A stretch of 64,000 bases of DNA from NCBI RefSeq assembly GCF_009914755.1, contig NC_060928.1. One strand, 5' to 3'. This document shows positions 38,931-53,260 of the stretch, in pieces. Made by a program: the position numbers and the translations under genes. Below the pieces are notes generated by a model. The model was not told where the DNA came from, did no database searches, and saw nothing but the letters and a program-made list of their open reading frames with translations. Source of the DNA: the human T2T-CHM13v2.0 reference genome, Homo sapiens. Every line of letters begins with the position of its first letter. The stretch's first letter is position 1.

Positions 38931-41900
38931 TTGTACATGAAACCCAGGGAAATATATTAACTTCCTTTAAAGTTAAATGTATTTTAAACTTGTACCTAGT
39001 ATCATCTGAGGGTGCTCTAACTCTTGGTATGTTATATTCTGATATGTAAACCACATTTCTTATTGTTTTAAACATTTATCTGTCTGCATTTTTAAGGGAG
39101 AATATCAAGGGTTTATCTTCTTACACAGTCCTGTTCTGACAGCATGAGGGCATTTTGTAGTGACAGTGAGTTTTAATTCAGAAAAATGGATGGGACAGTG
39201 ATTCTCCTGCAGTAAGAGATTTATACATATTTCCTTCTCTCTGTTAACGGGATTTATTCATCAGCTCTGAACAACACTTGCCAAAGGCTGCACTCTCTCT
39301 CCCCTCCATCCCCCGAAATAGGTATTGGTATTTAATAAATAATCATTGTTATGACTTAAAACGCTCGTTATAACCAGATGAAACAAGGCAATTGGGTTTT
39401 ATTTTTAAAGCAATGAAAAGGAGTTAGTTTATTGCATCTCTTTCAGAGAGCTTAGGTGGGGGTTTCAGCCACAATGATGCTACTTTATTATGAATTTCTA
39501 TCAGTTGGATAGACTAAAATTAACATTTGATGACTTCTTCATTGATATCTGACATTTTTTCATAGGCAGACTCTAATAAAGAAGTCAGTTAGAGCTATTA
39601 GACATATTTTAGAAGAATTTTTGGTGCATATCTTCACTTAGATTATGAAATTTAAATCATTGCTGCTATCAGTTTGAATGCTAATGATATAGCCTGCCAG
39701 ATGGAAACCTTTCATAAATTTTCACTTTTCTCTTACAGTGGGTTGTAAATCTTAAGTAAATGACTTCTTGGGTGAACTATGTTGATGTCAGCTTTAGTGC
39801 CTTATGTCCACACTAATTTTAATGTCATAAGTACCTGGAAGGCAGGCAACTCTTAATTAAATGCCATTTTCTTTGTGCATTATTGAGCTAGAGCAGAGTG
39901 CAGACTCTCCTTACATTGTCTGTGGCTTACTGGAGAATAGCTCTGCTCTTGCTTTGTCACAAGTGGGTTCTTTTGGAGCTATTTAAATGCTTTGGTGTCA
40001 TGCAGCTTCTCCTGTCTCAACTAAAACTGTCTCCCTCAATGTGTCTTTCAGAGAGTAAAACACTGTTTCCTTAGCCTTTTGTTCTCCATTTTGACAAAAC
40101 ACATTCTGTAGGTTCTTGCCTTTTTTAACAATTTTTTTCCTCCAAAAATTGATGTTTTAGTTCTCTTCAGGAGTGCTAATCTCCATATGAGAACCACACT
40201 GGATAAAACTCCTTTTTTCCCTATGGGGTTATATCAGTATTCAGACTAAATCTTCTGAAGGACTTTTCTACCAGTTATGAAGAGTTCTGATAACTTGTGC
40301 CTGCTTATTACTTAGATTTCTTGGGAATTTTTTTATTACAAATATTTTTTTTCATTTAAAACTGAGCCAAATTTTGAAAAATATTATCACTTATTTTTTT
40401 TTTTAAAACAGCAGACAAAACATAAAATTAAATGAAAGATTGTTCAAACTTTTTATTCCTTGGAAGCCCAAAGGAAAGAGATGATAAAATCACAAGAAAA
40501 ATACTTAGGTGAGCCAATAAATATTCCCAGTAGAAATCTCAGAAATCCTACAGGTAAAACAACTTTTTCCAGTTATTGAGTTATTTTCTCAGCAGTTGTT
40601 TATTTATTGATTTGTTTTGCCATTAAACCTACAGACCAAGTGATAAATGTGCTTCCTCTGTTGTTACAATGTAATGCATTGAGCTTTTCTTGAAGCTTCA
40701 TTAAAATTATATCTAAAGCACCGATTATAAGAAAATGATTAATAATACAATAACATAGAGCAACTGTTCTGTGGGGCTGCTTGGAGTTACGAGTTTTTCA
40801 TCAACTCTGTTTTGTTCTCTGCTTCTATCCATGCAGGGAAGCAAACGCTCGTCACCATGTTTTCTCATCAAGCAACAGGAACCATCATTCTGTAGAAACA
40901 AAGGCACCGACAAAACATTTCCAACCATTAAAATAATTTTCCAACATGGTTTCAGTAATTAGTGTATTTCATTTTCAACAACTATAATTAAACCTGACCT
41001 TTAAGCTAATTATATCTTGACATTTATGATTTTAAACTGGCTTTCCCTGTGGTGACAGTGTGTTAGATTCGGGTTCTAATGCACAGTTTTGTAGTATTTA
41101 CCTGTTGTCAAAGGGTCTCTGTGTGGCTCGAAGGGGACCATTTCACCCAGCGTCCTGTTATTGGAGGGCTAATGGTGCCACCAATGGTGCAGAAGGAATA
41201 TTTTCTTCTACAATATACAGATGATGCTGAATTTTTGTAAAAGTGTTTGGATATAATTACACTCACGGCAGAATCCCTGCTAGAAAATTTCAAAGAACAG
41301 GATGAAAATTAACTCAGAGTCTGAGTGTAGATCAAGTGGCCTTTTTTTTTTTGCATATAACAAGCTGCCATAGAAGAAAAGTTGAGTCAAAGTGAAACTG
41401 GGGAGAGAGGAGAACCCAAGATGGCAGGCCTGGTCTTGTTGGTTTCCATTAAGCTTGAGCAATGATGGGAATGTTCACTGTTTTTTTTCCTTTTGTCTCT
41501 CCTAGGCTACTTCCAAATTAGCTTTCCTTTTTCCTGATAATAAGAAGAATAGCTAATATTTTCTAAGCCTCACTGTGTGCCAGGCACCATGTTAAACACT
41601 TCACATGTCTTATATTCATCCTTTAGCAGTCCTTGGAGGTATGGAATCCATAGCCCCTTGATTTTCTTCAAGTGTCAAATGCCAGTACTTGGTGAAACAA
41701 GATGTATTTTGAAATGTTAATGTTCATGTTTCTTTTTCCCCATTTGTCTTATGTGATCATCCACTGTTTGGTCAGAGGCATCCATACGGCTTTTAAGAAT
41801 GAGAATAAACAGTCAGGTTTGCTTTTCTTACTTCCAAAGTGGGTTCTAAGGGAAGCAGTGCCACAATCAGAGAAGTGGAAAGAGGATAGAGTAAGAACTA

Positions 41901-44900
41901 GAGAGCCAGGCTGCTCATCGCCTCACCTCCTTGCATGAAAGAGAGCTGGAGCAGGGAGGATAGGTGACCTTAGTGGAGGGGAGGCAGGAGAGAAGTGAGT
42001 TCATGGGAAATGTGGTGCAAAGCAAGTGAAGACATGTTGTGGGGTGGGTAATAGGAACAGCCAAGCAGAGTACTAGAGAGTACCCTGGAAGCTCAGCCTT
42101 CAGAGGCAGACTGCCAGTGGGGAGAGGACTGGCCATATTCAGGCAGGTGGAGGAGCTGGCTAGTGGAGCCATTAGCCTCATTGCCCTTGTGAGATCTGAA
42201 CTTTTCATGGAGAGTTGCCTGCAGGTGGCTCATGGATTGTTTGGTAGGAAGATAACTGTGATGAGACTTCATGAGGCTATCAAAAATCTGGGGGCAGTGG
42301 GGGTGGGGGGAATTCACTTTTTTTCTGTGGCCTGGGACACACATAAGAGTCTTAAAATATAGGAGGGAGGTCATTACGCTTAGAGAGTCAGGGACATTAT
42401 GGAAAGGAAAGCCCAAGCTTTATGCTTAGGTAGGACTAGATGTGAAGGGACCCTGTCTTGTAACATGGAAAATGACTTAAGTTCTCACTGGATATTTATT
42501 TTTAACAGTGATTTTGGTTAAAAAAATCAAAATCAAGACTCAACCTGGTGGTTTTCTAATGGTGGGATTAGAGGCAGGGGGATAATTGGTTTCAAAAAGG
42601 CATCCTGAACTTGTTTTATATTAAACTCAGTGGTTTCTACCTCTTTGCATAATTTTAGGATGCATCTTATTTCTGGGCATCTCATTTCTGGGAAGTGAGA
42701 TGTGTGCTTCACCACTGTGTGTTGCCAAAGAACAGGTTAGATCAAGTGTGTCCACTGACTGAGCAGTGCGAATGGGCTTGGGGAGTAGGATTGAATAAGG
42801 CACAAGATAAGCACAAAGATAGGATGTTGTTAAAGCATTAGGACACAGACCTTGGCAAAGCTATTACAACTTTAAGATTGTTCTGTCGTCTTCTCTAGTT
42901 TCGTCTTCTTGGAGATTTGGGGCCTCTGTGTGGACTGCAATAAAACAAGTTGCTGAAACATTGTGTGAGAACACCCTGGCCCTTGCTTCACTTTAGGCAG
43001 GTTTCAGACAATGTCGGTTAGCTTCCTTTTACTCCATGTACCTGCATAGAAGGGAACCGATGGTGAATTGGTGATTTTAAAGTACTGGTGGTGAGAAAGG
43101 AAGAGAATACTGATTAGAATTTTAAAAAATGTTTTAATTTTTACTTTTATAAATACAGGGAGTACACGTGCAAGTTTGTTACATGGACTAGAAAAATACT
43201 AATGAGTAAAAATCGACAGCCATTTGAAGTTAGGGTCAGCCCCAGGGATGTGTCTTAGAGTGGTTATTAGGTGGCTCTGTCATGCATTGCTTATTTTACT
43301 TGTCTATCTGACTAGGCTGCAAGTGCTATGAAGTTAGGGCTGATAGTTTTGTTTAGCTTTGTTTTGTTTTTCCACCTGTGTGCTTAGAACTGGTCAAAAA
43401 TGCTTCCAGATGAGTGGATCCAGCCTTTGGAAAATATTTTCCTCTTCATGAAAGGCCAGTCTATATATGGCCACTCATGCCTCTGTTCTGATCATCATCT
43501 TTCTGTCCAGTTCCCAAGAGGAGTCAGTTTCATGAGTTTTGGGGCCAGGGGCTGCAGAAAATTGTAAAGACTTCAAGAGAGCCAACTCCTTGTTCCCTTC
43601 AGCATGTCAACAAGGCAGTGTCAGAGAGCTACTCATTCCAGGTGCTGCTACTATGACAGAGAACCCTGGACCACTCCTACTGATGTTGACTTACAGAGGA
43701 ACTAGTTGGTTGGCCTTGTGGTTAATTTGTTCTCCATCTGGGGCAGGCTGTATAGCCTGTATATCCAACTTCATCTCACAGGAGACAAATAGACTGGACC
43801 TATCCTTGCAAGTGTATTGAGTGGGTCAGATGTTTAGCAAGATCCTTATGACTCTAATCTCTGGTAGATTTATTATCTGAGTCTTACAACCCCTTGCTGT
43901 CTTGAAGACTATAATCTATATAATGTGTGGTGAGTAAAACATCTAGCCAGAATGCCATTCCTAACGTGTTATTGGCCTGTAACTCTGCCAAGAAGGCTCA
44001 GAAAGTCATAAATCTGATGTGAATTTATAGTGGCAGACTTAAGTGTAGTCAATGACAAGAGAGTCCTGTTATTTTACTGACAGGGGATCACCAACACACT
44101 GAGACTTACACATCTGGTCTATTATGAGTTAAAAGTAACACTGAATTTAAATTGCTTTTAACACAGGATATATCTAAACATTCACTGTGTATTTATTTAT
44201 CTCTGCAGTTCAGAGACTTTTCTGACCAAAGTCTTTACATTTCTGTGGTAACAGCTTATTCTTTATCAGTAATGATCTTTCTGGGGCCATTTGATTTGAC
44301 TGTGCAGTGACACATGATATTTGGATAAACCAGGATTTATTTCCTCTTTAGCTCTGCACATGGAGTTTGGTGACACGTTTACAAGAGATCACCTGTGATG
44401 AGGACAAAGGTCGGTGGAAAGCTGTTCAAACAGAGAGACTTGGCCTTGAGGAGCCCATTTGAACCTCAACTCTTGACCTGTTCATTGACTGTGTTGGCTA
44501 ATTGGGTCTTCAGTGCAAAGCAAGAAACAATGCTCAGCTTTGCTAACTGTCTGTGTAGCCAGAACATGAAAATCAATCTACCGATGACCAAAAGGGCATA
44601 GCAAACAACATCCCTGTGGAGTTGGGTGTTTTTGGCCTTGGCGTTCCACAGATGTGACCTGAGAATTCACACAACTTACATGAAGATGCAATTCATATAA
44701 TTAATATGTTCACTGCATGAAGATTTTATTCACCATAAGTTGGGATGGTGAGAGACGGACAGAAAACACAGAAGCCCGAGGTAAGTAGAAATGTGACCCA
44801 TGAAAGCAGTTTGGGTTCAGCTGAAAAGATTGTGCACATTCTGATATCATTGAATTGTATTCTTTTTTTTTCCCCCATCAGTGAGATGTGAAGGATTTTA

Positions 44901-45185
44901 CAGCTTGTGAAGGAAAATAAATCATATGAACACAAAACAAAAAAAATCCACCTCTCTTTGGATACATTCCTTGGTTTAACTCCAAAGAAGTAGCTTGTGT
45001 GGCTTCTCCTAAAATGTGTGAAATACCACCTGGCTGGGTCCCAGGGAAAAAACCAACTTGGGGGTCCCTGAGTGCTGAAGTCTCCTGGCAGCTCAATCCT
45101 TGTTAGTATTTGAGATAAATAAAACAATTGATCTTATCTGAAAACTGCATAGAAAGTAAGAATGTTTTTATTACATTGAAAATGA

Positions 45186-45468
<283 letters not shown>

Positions 45469-46809
45469 GCTTTTGACTTTTTTAAAAAACTTAATGCTGT
45501 CAGATCCAAAGGAAGTTAAATAAGCATGCATTTGGATTTAGAATCTTGATTAAAGAAATATCTTGGAAATGAGCCCCATAGCACAGGACCCTCTTCGGTA
45601 GAATTTATTAGAAAGATCCCAAGTGGCAAACATCATTTTATTTTCTCTTTCTCATTTAAGGTGGGAAGCTCTTTGCTCTCTTTTAAGATGCTTACTGCTG
45701 AAGTAAGTACAAAACAGGTAAGCACATTTTAATCAGGGGATATTTTCAAGGCTTGCAACAGTAAGTTACATTGGATCTATCTAGGAAAGCTTTTTAAAAA
45801 TCCCCAAACCTATCTCACGTACTTTATTTTTAACAAAGGAAGGGAAGAGATAAAAGAAAATAAAGAAGGAATAAATCGAGTATAATGTGGCAGATGCCTT
45901 TCTCACTGCCTATAATTGTGTAAAGAAACAATACAATGCAGTAAAACTCGGCGGATTTTATTTGGTTTATTAGCTCCAACTGCATCTCGAGCTGTCTCAC
46001 TGTCCCAATTTTAGACAATACATGACATCATAATTGCTTCTGGCATTTTACAGTAATAGATACTGGTGAGAGTTGTCTGAGTTGGTTTTTTTTCTTGCTT
46101 CCCCTCACTTTATGAGTACTTCTTTGGAAAACAGCAACCTCTCATTTGCGGCGCATGCACATTTTGGCTAAGATAGTTCTTCACTACGCTGCCTGCAAAG
46201 ATATTCTGCTCTATTTAAGTTCGAAGGCAGCTTTCTTCAATCCACCAAACAGACCCTTAGGTTCTCCCAGTGATGCCTATCAGCTTACTCAGTGTGGTAC
46301 CCCTGTCCAGGGTGCTGAACTGGGGAGATTAGCCAAATTAACCAAAACCAGGGCAAAAATCATTCTCAGGAAATCCAGATTCCTAAAGTAAAACCTTGGG
46401 TGACTTAATAGTATTTATATTCCACAATATATGTAGAGATTTTCTTTTGCTCTGCATGCATGACCTCTGTTATGTGCTGAAGACCCAGCTAACAAACCAG
46501 TAACAGAGAGGTGGCTAAATGAAGTCACCAAGGCAAATGTGAGTTGAAAATTGACCCAAGCACTGGATGACAAGGACATCTTTATAAATATATGAAGCTG
46601 ATGCAGGCTTTGACTGCCATGCAGCAGATTAGCGTTGTTAAACTGTGTCACAGTCCAAACAGTGCCTGGCTAGAATATTTATTATGTTACTTAATCTTGC
46701 TGAGCAAACAGACTATATTTATCAGCACAGGGAAGGAGCTCCCCTTTCAAGGGCCAATTTGTCCAGAGAAGTATGAGATAAACATACATTGTTACAGATG
46801 GCAGTGTTA

Positions 46810-46960
46810 GGGGAGATGATTTTAAGTCTCACTTTTATAGGTGAGGGCACGGAGAACCAGAGAAGGTAAGTGACTTTCCCAAGGTCACATAGCTATTATG
46901 TGGTAGTGCTGGGACTAATTTTTTAGTCTTCTGATACCTTGAAAATTGTTCTTCCCATTA
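46810..46960 (-). mobile_element. MIR
   Basis: TTTTATAGGTGAGG...AAGTGACTTTCCCAAGGTCACATAGCT. Confidence 0.82.
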
Positions 46961-47683
46961 AGACAAGCACCCTCATAGCTGGAGAGCAGCCTGCAAACCT
47001 ATGAACAGTTTCTGCTTTCCTGCAGAGTCACATGGTGATAGTGGTCCTGAGCAACTTTATGTTTTCTCTCTGATATCCCTTAACACTGGCCTTTGGGAGG
47101 AATAAGACATATTTCTCCAGGCCTCCTGCTGCCTGAGCCATGATTGGCATACTGTGACATGACTTTCCTATTACTACATTAAAGTGCCTTACGGGCTCAT
47201 TCCTTCAAGATTCTGCCATCACTTATGACTGAAAATGATGAGGACATAAATAGTTATATATTGCAATGTATGGCAAGAGAGCCAACTGGAAGTAGACACC
47301 GTTCTGAAGCTCCCAAACTCTCTATATCTATTGTATGTTTCTTAGCATTTTCTATTTTGAATTATCATGTTTTCATGTAGTATTGTTCTTTATTGTATTG
47401 TAAATGTTCAAGAGTGCCATTATTACCTCTGTTTTACAGATGAGTAAACCAGGAGTTCAAAAGACTTGTCTAAGATAAATGAAAACTAACTAACTAACTA
47501 GCAGTGAAACAGTGATATCTAGTTTCTATTCTATTCTTATTTCCCTTACCACATAGTTCCATCTCCCTACTATACCTGGCACATAGATAAGAATTAATAC
47601 ACCTATTTTGAATGAATGAGGCCAAATCTGACTTCCACATGCCTTCATTTTCATAATCAGTGATACTTTAATCTCAGGAGTAA

Positions 47684-48036
<353 letters not shown>

Positions 48037-48129
48037 TGTTTCTAATTTTATGAGGAGAATACCCTACCTATCTTTCTTCTCAAAGCAAGTCATTTAAGTT
48101 CCAGGAAATTATCCCTTAAGTCTGGCTTT

Positions 48130-48550
48130 TCTGTGTGTCTCAGTTTCCATTCCTCTCTCCCTCCTGCTACTGTACTAGATCAGGTCCCCATTTTCTCTGA
48201 TCTGCACTAAAATAATGAACTTCTTATGGACTCTCTTCCTGTGGATTCACCTCTCCTCCAGTGTGGTCCTCACAGAGCTGAAGGTTCTAATTCACAAATC
48301 TGATTACATCACCCTCCACTTCAGAACTCCCCATTTTTAAGGTCATAATCTTAACTCATGTACATGGCATGCCATGCCCTTCATGAACTGGCCACTCCTT
48401 GCTTTTGTAGAGTTATCTATTGCCACTCTTTACTTCTTACTCCACACTCTACTCTACCATTATTGAACTACTTGTCATTTTGCCCGATGGTCTTTCAGAC
48501 TTCCAAGTCTTTGCATGTGGCATTCCCTGGAATATCCTCCTGCCTTGACA
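48130..48550 (+). mobile_element. L2 fragment
   Basis: AAATCTGATTACATCACCCTCC...TACATGGCATGCCATGCCCTTCATGA. Confidence 0.65.
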
Positions 48551-48679
48551 AAGTTGTACCTACATATATGATATTGTGAAAACACGTAACCAGTTTTTCT
48601 ACCATTATAGCTCACATTCTTTTGACAATGTCAAAATTGTATTTTAAAAGTGGATTCTGGGACTTTTGCTTCTGGCAAA

Positions 48680-49762
48680 TAAGATATCACTCATACTTAC
48701 TAAAATGGTTAAAATCAAGAACATCGACTATTCCAAGTGTTGGTAAAAACAGAGAGGAAATGGAACTCCCATACATTGCTGGAGGAAATGCCAAGTTGGT
48801 GTAACAACTTTGGCACACAGTTTGGCACTTTCTTTAAAAGCTACACGTGTCTACTACATGACCCAGCCCTTCTGTCCCTTGGTATTTATCCAAGAGAAAT
48901 GAAAGCACATACCCATACTAAGGCTGCTACGCCAATGTTTGTAGCAGCTTTATTTGTTATAGCCCCAAACTGGAAACAACACAAATGTCCATCAACGGGT
49001 AAATGAATAAACAAATTGTCGTATATCCATGCAGCACAATACTACCCAGCAATAAAAGGAATGCACTATCGACACACTTTACAATGTGAAATAGTATCAA
49101 AATAATTATGGTGAATGATAGAAGCCAGATCAAAAAACAGTGCGTATTGTATGGTTCCATTTATATATACAGAAGAATCTCTGTATCTGAGGATTCTGCA
49201 TTTGTGGATTCAATCAACTACAGATAAAAAATATTTGAAAAAATTTTAAAATGCAACATAAAAATAATACAATGCAGTATAACAACTATTTATATAGCAT
49301 TTATAATGCATCAGGTATTATCAATAATCTAGAGATGATTTAAAGTATAAAAGAGAATGTGGGAAAGTTGTTCAAATACTGCACAATTTTACATAAGGGA
49401 CTTGAGCGTCCATAGATTTTGATATCCACAGGAATGTCCTGGAAAAAAATCCCTGAGGATACTTGAGGGGACAACAGTAAATCCAGTAAATCCAGGGAAT
49501 ATAACCTAATGCATAGTGACAGAGAGCAGATGAAAGATTACTTGGGATGAGGGTGTCATGAAGAGGGGATGGGAAGGAAAGGGGGGAATGGATTGAAAAT
49601 GGGCATGAGAAAACTTATGGTTGGGGTGATGCTTTTTTATTATGTTAATTGTGGTGATGCTTTAATAGGTATATACATATGTACAAACATATTAAATTCT
49701 TCATTTAAAATGTATGTAGTTTATTGTATGTCCTTTGTCCTCAGTAAAACTGTTTTGAAAAA
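48680..49762 (+). mobile_element. Old L1 (L1MD/ME-like) 3' end, interrupted by MER2
   Basis: CATACATTGCTGG...GGTATTTATCCAAGAGAAATGAAA...AACTGGAAACAAC...TTTATTGTATGTC. ORF 48737-49006 is a decayed ORF2 tail. Confidence 0.9.
49170..49477. mobile_element. MER2-like TcMar-Tigger MITE
   Basis: GTGGATTCAATCAAC...AATCTAGAGATGATTTAAAGTATA...AAGGGACTTGAGC; TA flanks at 49168-49169 and 49478-49479. Confidence 0.85.
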
Positions 49763-50029
49763 CAAATCCTAAAACTTACAAATAATGATTTTTTAGTTGT
49801 GAGAATTTCAGGCATTTTGGTGGGTGCCATGATCCTGTTCGGAGCATCTTTTTGTTATCCCTTGTCTATCAATATGACCTAAGAGTAAGGCTTGTCCCAA
49901 CTATAGCCATTGGCCATTCCTAGTAAAGTATTTTCAGGACTATTTTTCACTTCTGAAAATAAGAAAAGTAGAACATCTTGCTGAAAAAATGTAAGAAATA
50001 TCAGACAGCATCATCTGGGGTTCTCTTCT

Positions 50030-50390
50030 TGTATTAGTTAGGGTAGGCAAACTGTTTCAGCAAAAATACCCAAAACATCAATGACTCAATACAAAGGAAA
50101 TTATTTCTTACTTTCATGCAGGCCCTATGGTGGTGCTCCACATGATCATTCAGGGATCTTTATCATTTCTGCCCATTGCTCCACCATCCCCTAAGGCCTT
50201 AATCTCCTATCTTGTATCTTGTCAACAGGCAAAGAAAGAATGTGTGAAAAATGAACTTGAAGGTTTAACATGGTCAAAAGCTAGAAGTAGTGGGTCTCAT
50301 TTCTGCCCATGTATTCACATTTTATTGGACAGAACCCACCCTCAAGATGACACCCAACACCAACGGGAATGAAGGGAATGCATTTTGTAG
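50030..50390 (-). mobile_element. MLT1J/K-like LTR
   Basis: TGTATTAGTTAGGGTAGG start; CTCCACATGATCATTCAGGGA; CACATTTTATTGGACAGAAC. Confidence 0.7.
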
Positions 50391-50879
50391 CCAACCTTCC
50401 TGTCTCCATTACAGTCCTCAATACCTACTCTCATTTCAGGTGTTTCTTAATGATCCAGCACTAACTTTTGACAGATATACGCCTTCATTATTTAATAATT
50501 TTTTTGTGTGTGTACTTCCTATGTGAGAATACACATCAAACCTGGTTCTGTATTTATTGTAGTGTCATAAAGGGATACAATGTACATAAGAGAAAGAGAT
50601 AAGAGAAAGAGATATTAAAAAGATAAATTTCTAACTAATTATAATTGAGGTAGATACTACAAAGAGAAAGAGCAGACAAAGGACCCATGGTCTTTCTATG
50701 AAAAACTGAACATTCATCCATTCATTTCAACAAATTGAACTCAGTGTGGAGCACTGAGCTGCCATGGTACAGAAGTCCAATCCTGTGAGTTTCAGTGACC
50801 CCTGCACTTCCGGAGTTCACAATGAGTTGAGAAAATAAAACACCTATGCAAGGAACTCTATCAAAAGGCCCTTTAGAAG

Positions 50880-51335
50880 TACCATAAGAATTTGGAGTGG
50901 AGAACAACCAGTTATCCAAAAGAACTGTTTTCTCTTTCCTCTGGTGAGAAACTGCATTTCCTATGCTTCCATGTAGTTGGGTGCGGCCGTGAGTGAAATG
51001 TGAGCAGAACTGTTATATTCAAGCTCTGCTTCTCTTGCTTAAAAGAAAGTGATTTCCATGGATTTATGCTATTTCCTCTTACCTGAAGTTTTTATGGATA
51101 TATTTGTGGCCCAGCTTCAACCGTGTGGAAGACAATGCCCCAGAAGATGGCAGAGCCACAAGATGGAGGGAATCTGGGTCTCCATATGACTGGATTGAGC
51201 AGAGCTGCTTTCCCAATCTGGATTCCTCATTTCAGGAATCTTACACAGAAAGCCATAAACTTTCATCTTGTTCCTGTCACAATATTTCTGAGTCTTTTTT
51301 GTTGTTGTTGTTATAAGAGCTTAGTCTTTTCTAAG
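50880..51335 (+). mobile_element. MLT1I/J-like LTR
   Basis: AAGATGGCAGAGCCACAAGATGGAGGGAATCTGGGTC...GAGCAGAGCTGC. Confidence 0.7.
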
Positions 51336-51862
51336 TCTCTGTGAGAAATAAAATAAAAACAGAGTGATTCTTAGAGAAGAGCGATCCCCTCTGGCTGCAG
51401 TGACCAGGAGATGCTTCATGGAGAAGGTGGCATTTAGGTTTAACATTTTTTAATGGGTAGAAGAAAGGGGACTTTAATAGAGGGATGAGCCTAAGGAAAG
51501 GGCTGGGACTAGGAAAGTAGAAATTAACCACAGAATTGCATCATCACACATAGCTCTGGCTAGTTATCTCTTCTCCTTCCTCCTGCCATACAGATGTAGA
51601 GTTCTCTAATTTTAGAAGTTCTTTTTCTGTTAATTCTCGTCTAAAGACGTTTAATATCCCATAGGGTTGGCAACATACGTAAAATTATTTTTAAAACTTT
51701 TTGGTGAAATTTGCCATTATAATTAGTCTCTTTATAATACAACTCATAATCCCTGTTATATCACTGCAGTGAAATGAGGATAATTGAAATAATTAGTTGT
51801 ATGATTCAGCTACAGTGTTATGGTGGCCTGGGTAATCTGGAGTGCTTAGAATTTGAGGTATA

Positions 51863-52154
<292 letters not shown>

Positions 52155-52329
52155 GAGAATTTGAGGTATAAGTGTTCTGAACATCTCCCCTTTGCCTACT
52201 TGTATCTACTTTTTGAGGGTCAGTGAGTACAACTAACACTTCCTTTTAAATATATTCCCCACCTCTTATGCTCTTCTCCTAACATGAACTGCAAGATTCT
52301 AGTATATTTGGGCTTATGACCATGATAGC

Positions 52330-52545
52330 TTGCTCTATAGTTTAGAAAGTGCTTGTTATATACATTATGTCATTCTAATTTAGATAACTGTAAGGTAGAT
52401 TCTGGGCTGGTATTATCCCCCTTTTAGATGAGGAAAACCAAGGTCCAAGAAAGGCGTTCGAATTTTTTGCTGGAAGTTTTGCTTATAGGTAATTGTTAGT
52501 CCAGGAGTCAAGCTCATGCTTTCTTATTCTAACTCTAGTGCTTTA
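52330..52545 (-). mobile_element. MIR
   Basis: TATTATCCCCCTTTTAGATGAGGAAA. Confidence 0.7.
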
Positions 52546-52604
52546 AGAGATCTGACCTCTTCTGGCAATTTGTTCCTAGGTGACTTTGTCTGGCAATGTC
52601 TCTA

Positions 52605-52840
52605 CTGCAATGTAGAGAAGAAAGTGTTGGTCCTGGAGCCATATGTGTGGGGCTAAATTTTAGTGTGTCACATCCTAGCTGTGTGACCATGGGCAAGTTA
52701 GTTAATCACCATGTGCTGTAGAGTTTTTATCTACAAAATGGGAATAAGCATATTACCAACCTGATAGTATTTGGGGTGGATTAACTGATATATGTAACAT
52801 GCTTACTAGGTGTTGGTTCCAAATGTTATTATTATTATTC
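52605..52840 (+). mobile_element. MIR
   Basis: CTAGCTGTGTGACCATGGGCAAGTTA...ATCTACAAAATGGGAATAA. Confidence 0.85.
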
Positions 52841-53099
52841 TGCTCTATTTTAACAATCTAAGTTTTGAAAACTCAAGACAAAATCTATTCAACTTTTTTG
52901 TTGCAAATTCCAAATCAGACCCCATCAGGAATTCCAGGTTCTCTAGGTTCCAATGTTCTCTCATGAAAGAAGAACTGCTAGAGAGATTCCAGTTCCTGTA
53001 GGATGTCAATTAATTGGAACTCAATGACCCAAAGCCCTAAATTAACTAAAATTTCTTTCTTTTGCTTTGTTTTTAGGAGAACCAAAAAACTTGAGGCAG

Positions 53100-53260
53100 T
53101 TGACATTCATTCATTCAGTTATTATTTAATGAACTCTTGCTTTGTGGAACATATTCTGTTGTGTGCTGTGAGGGTCACAAAAGTGAACCAGATGCTTAGT
53201 CTGCCCTCAAGCTATTTGCAATTTAGTAGCTAAGATAGGACATGTACACATAAGCTTAAT
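53100..53260 (-). mobile_element. L2 3' end
   Basis: CATTCATTCATTCAG...TATTT...CTGCCCTCAAG. Confidence 0.7.

Noticed and set aside
42030-42465. Possible L3/CR1 relic
   Set aside because: Only faint resemblance (GGACTAGATG); too degraded to call by eye.
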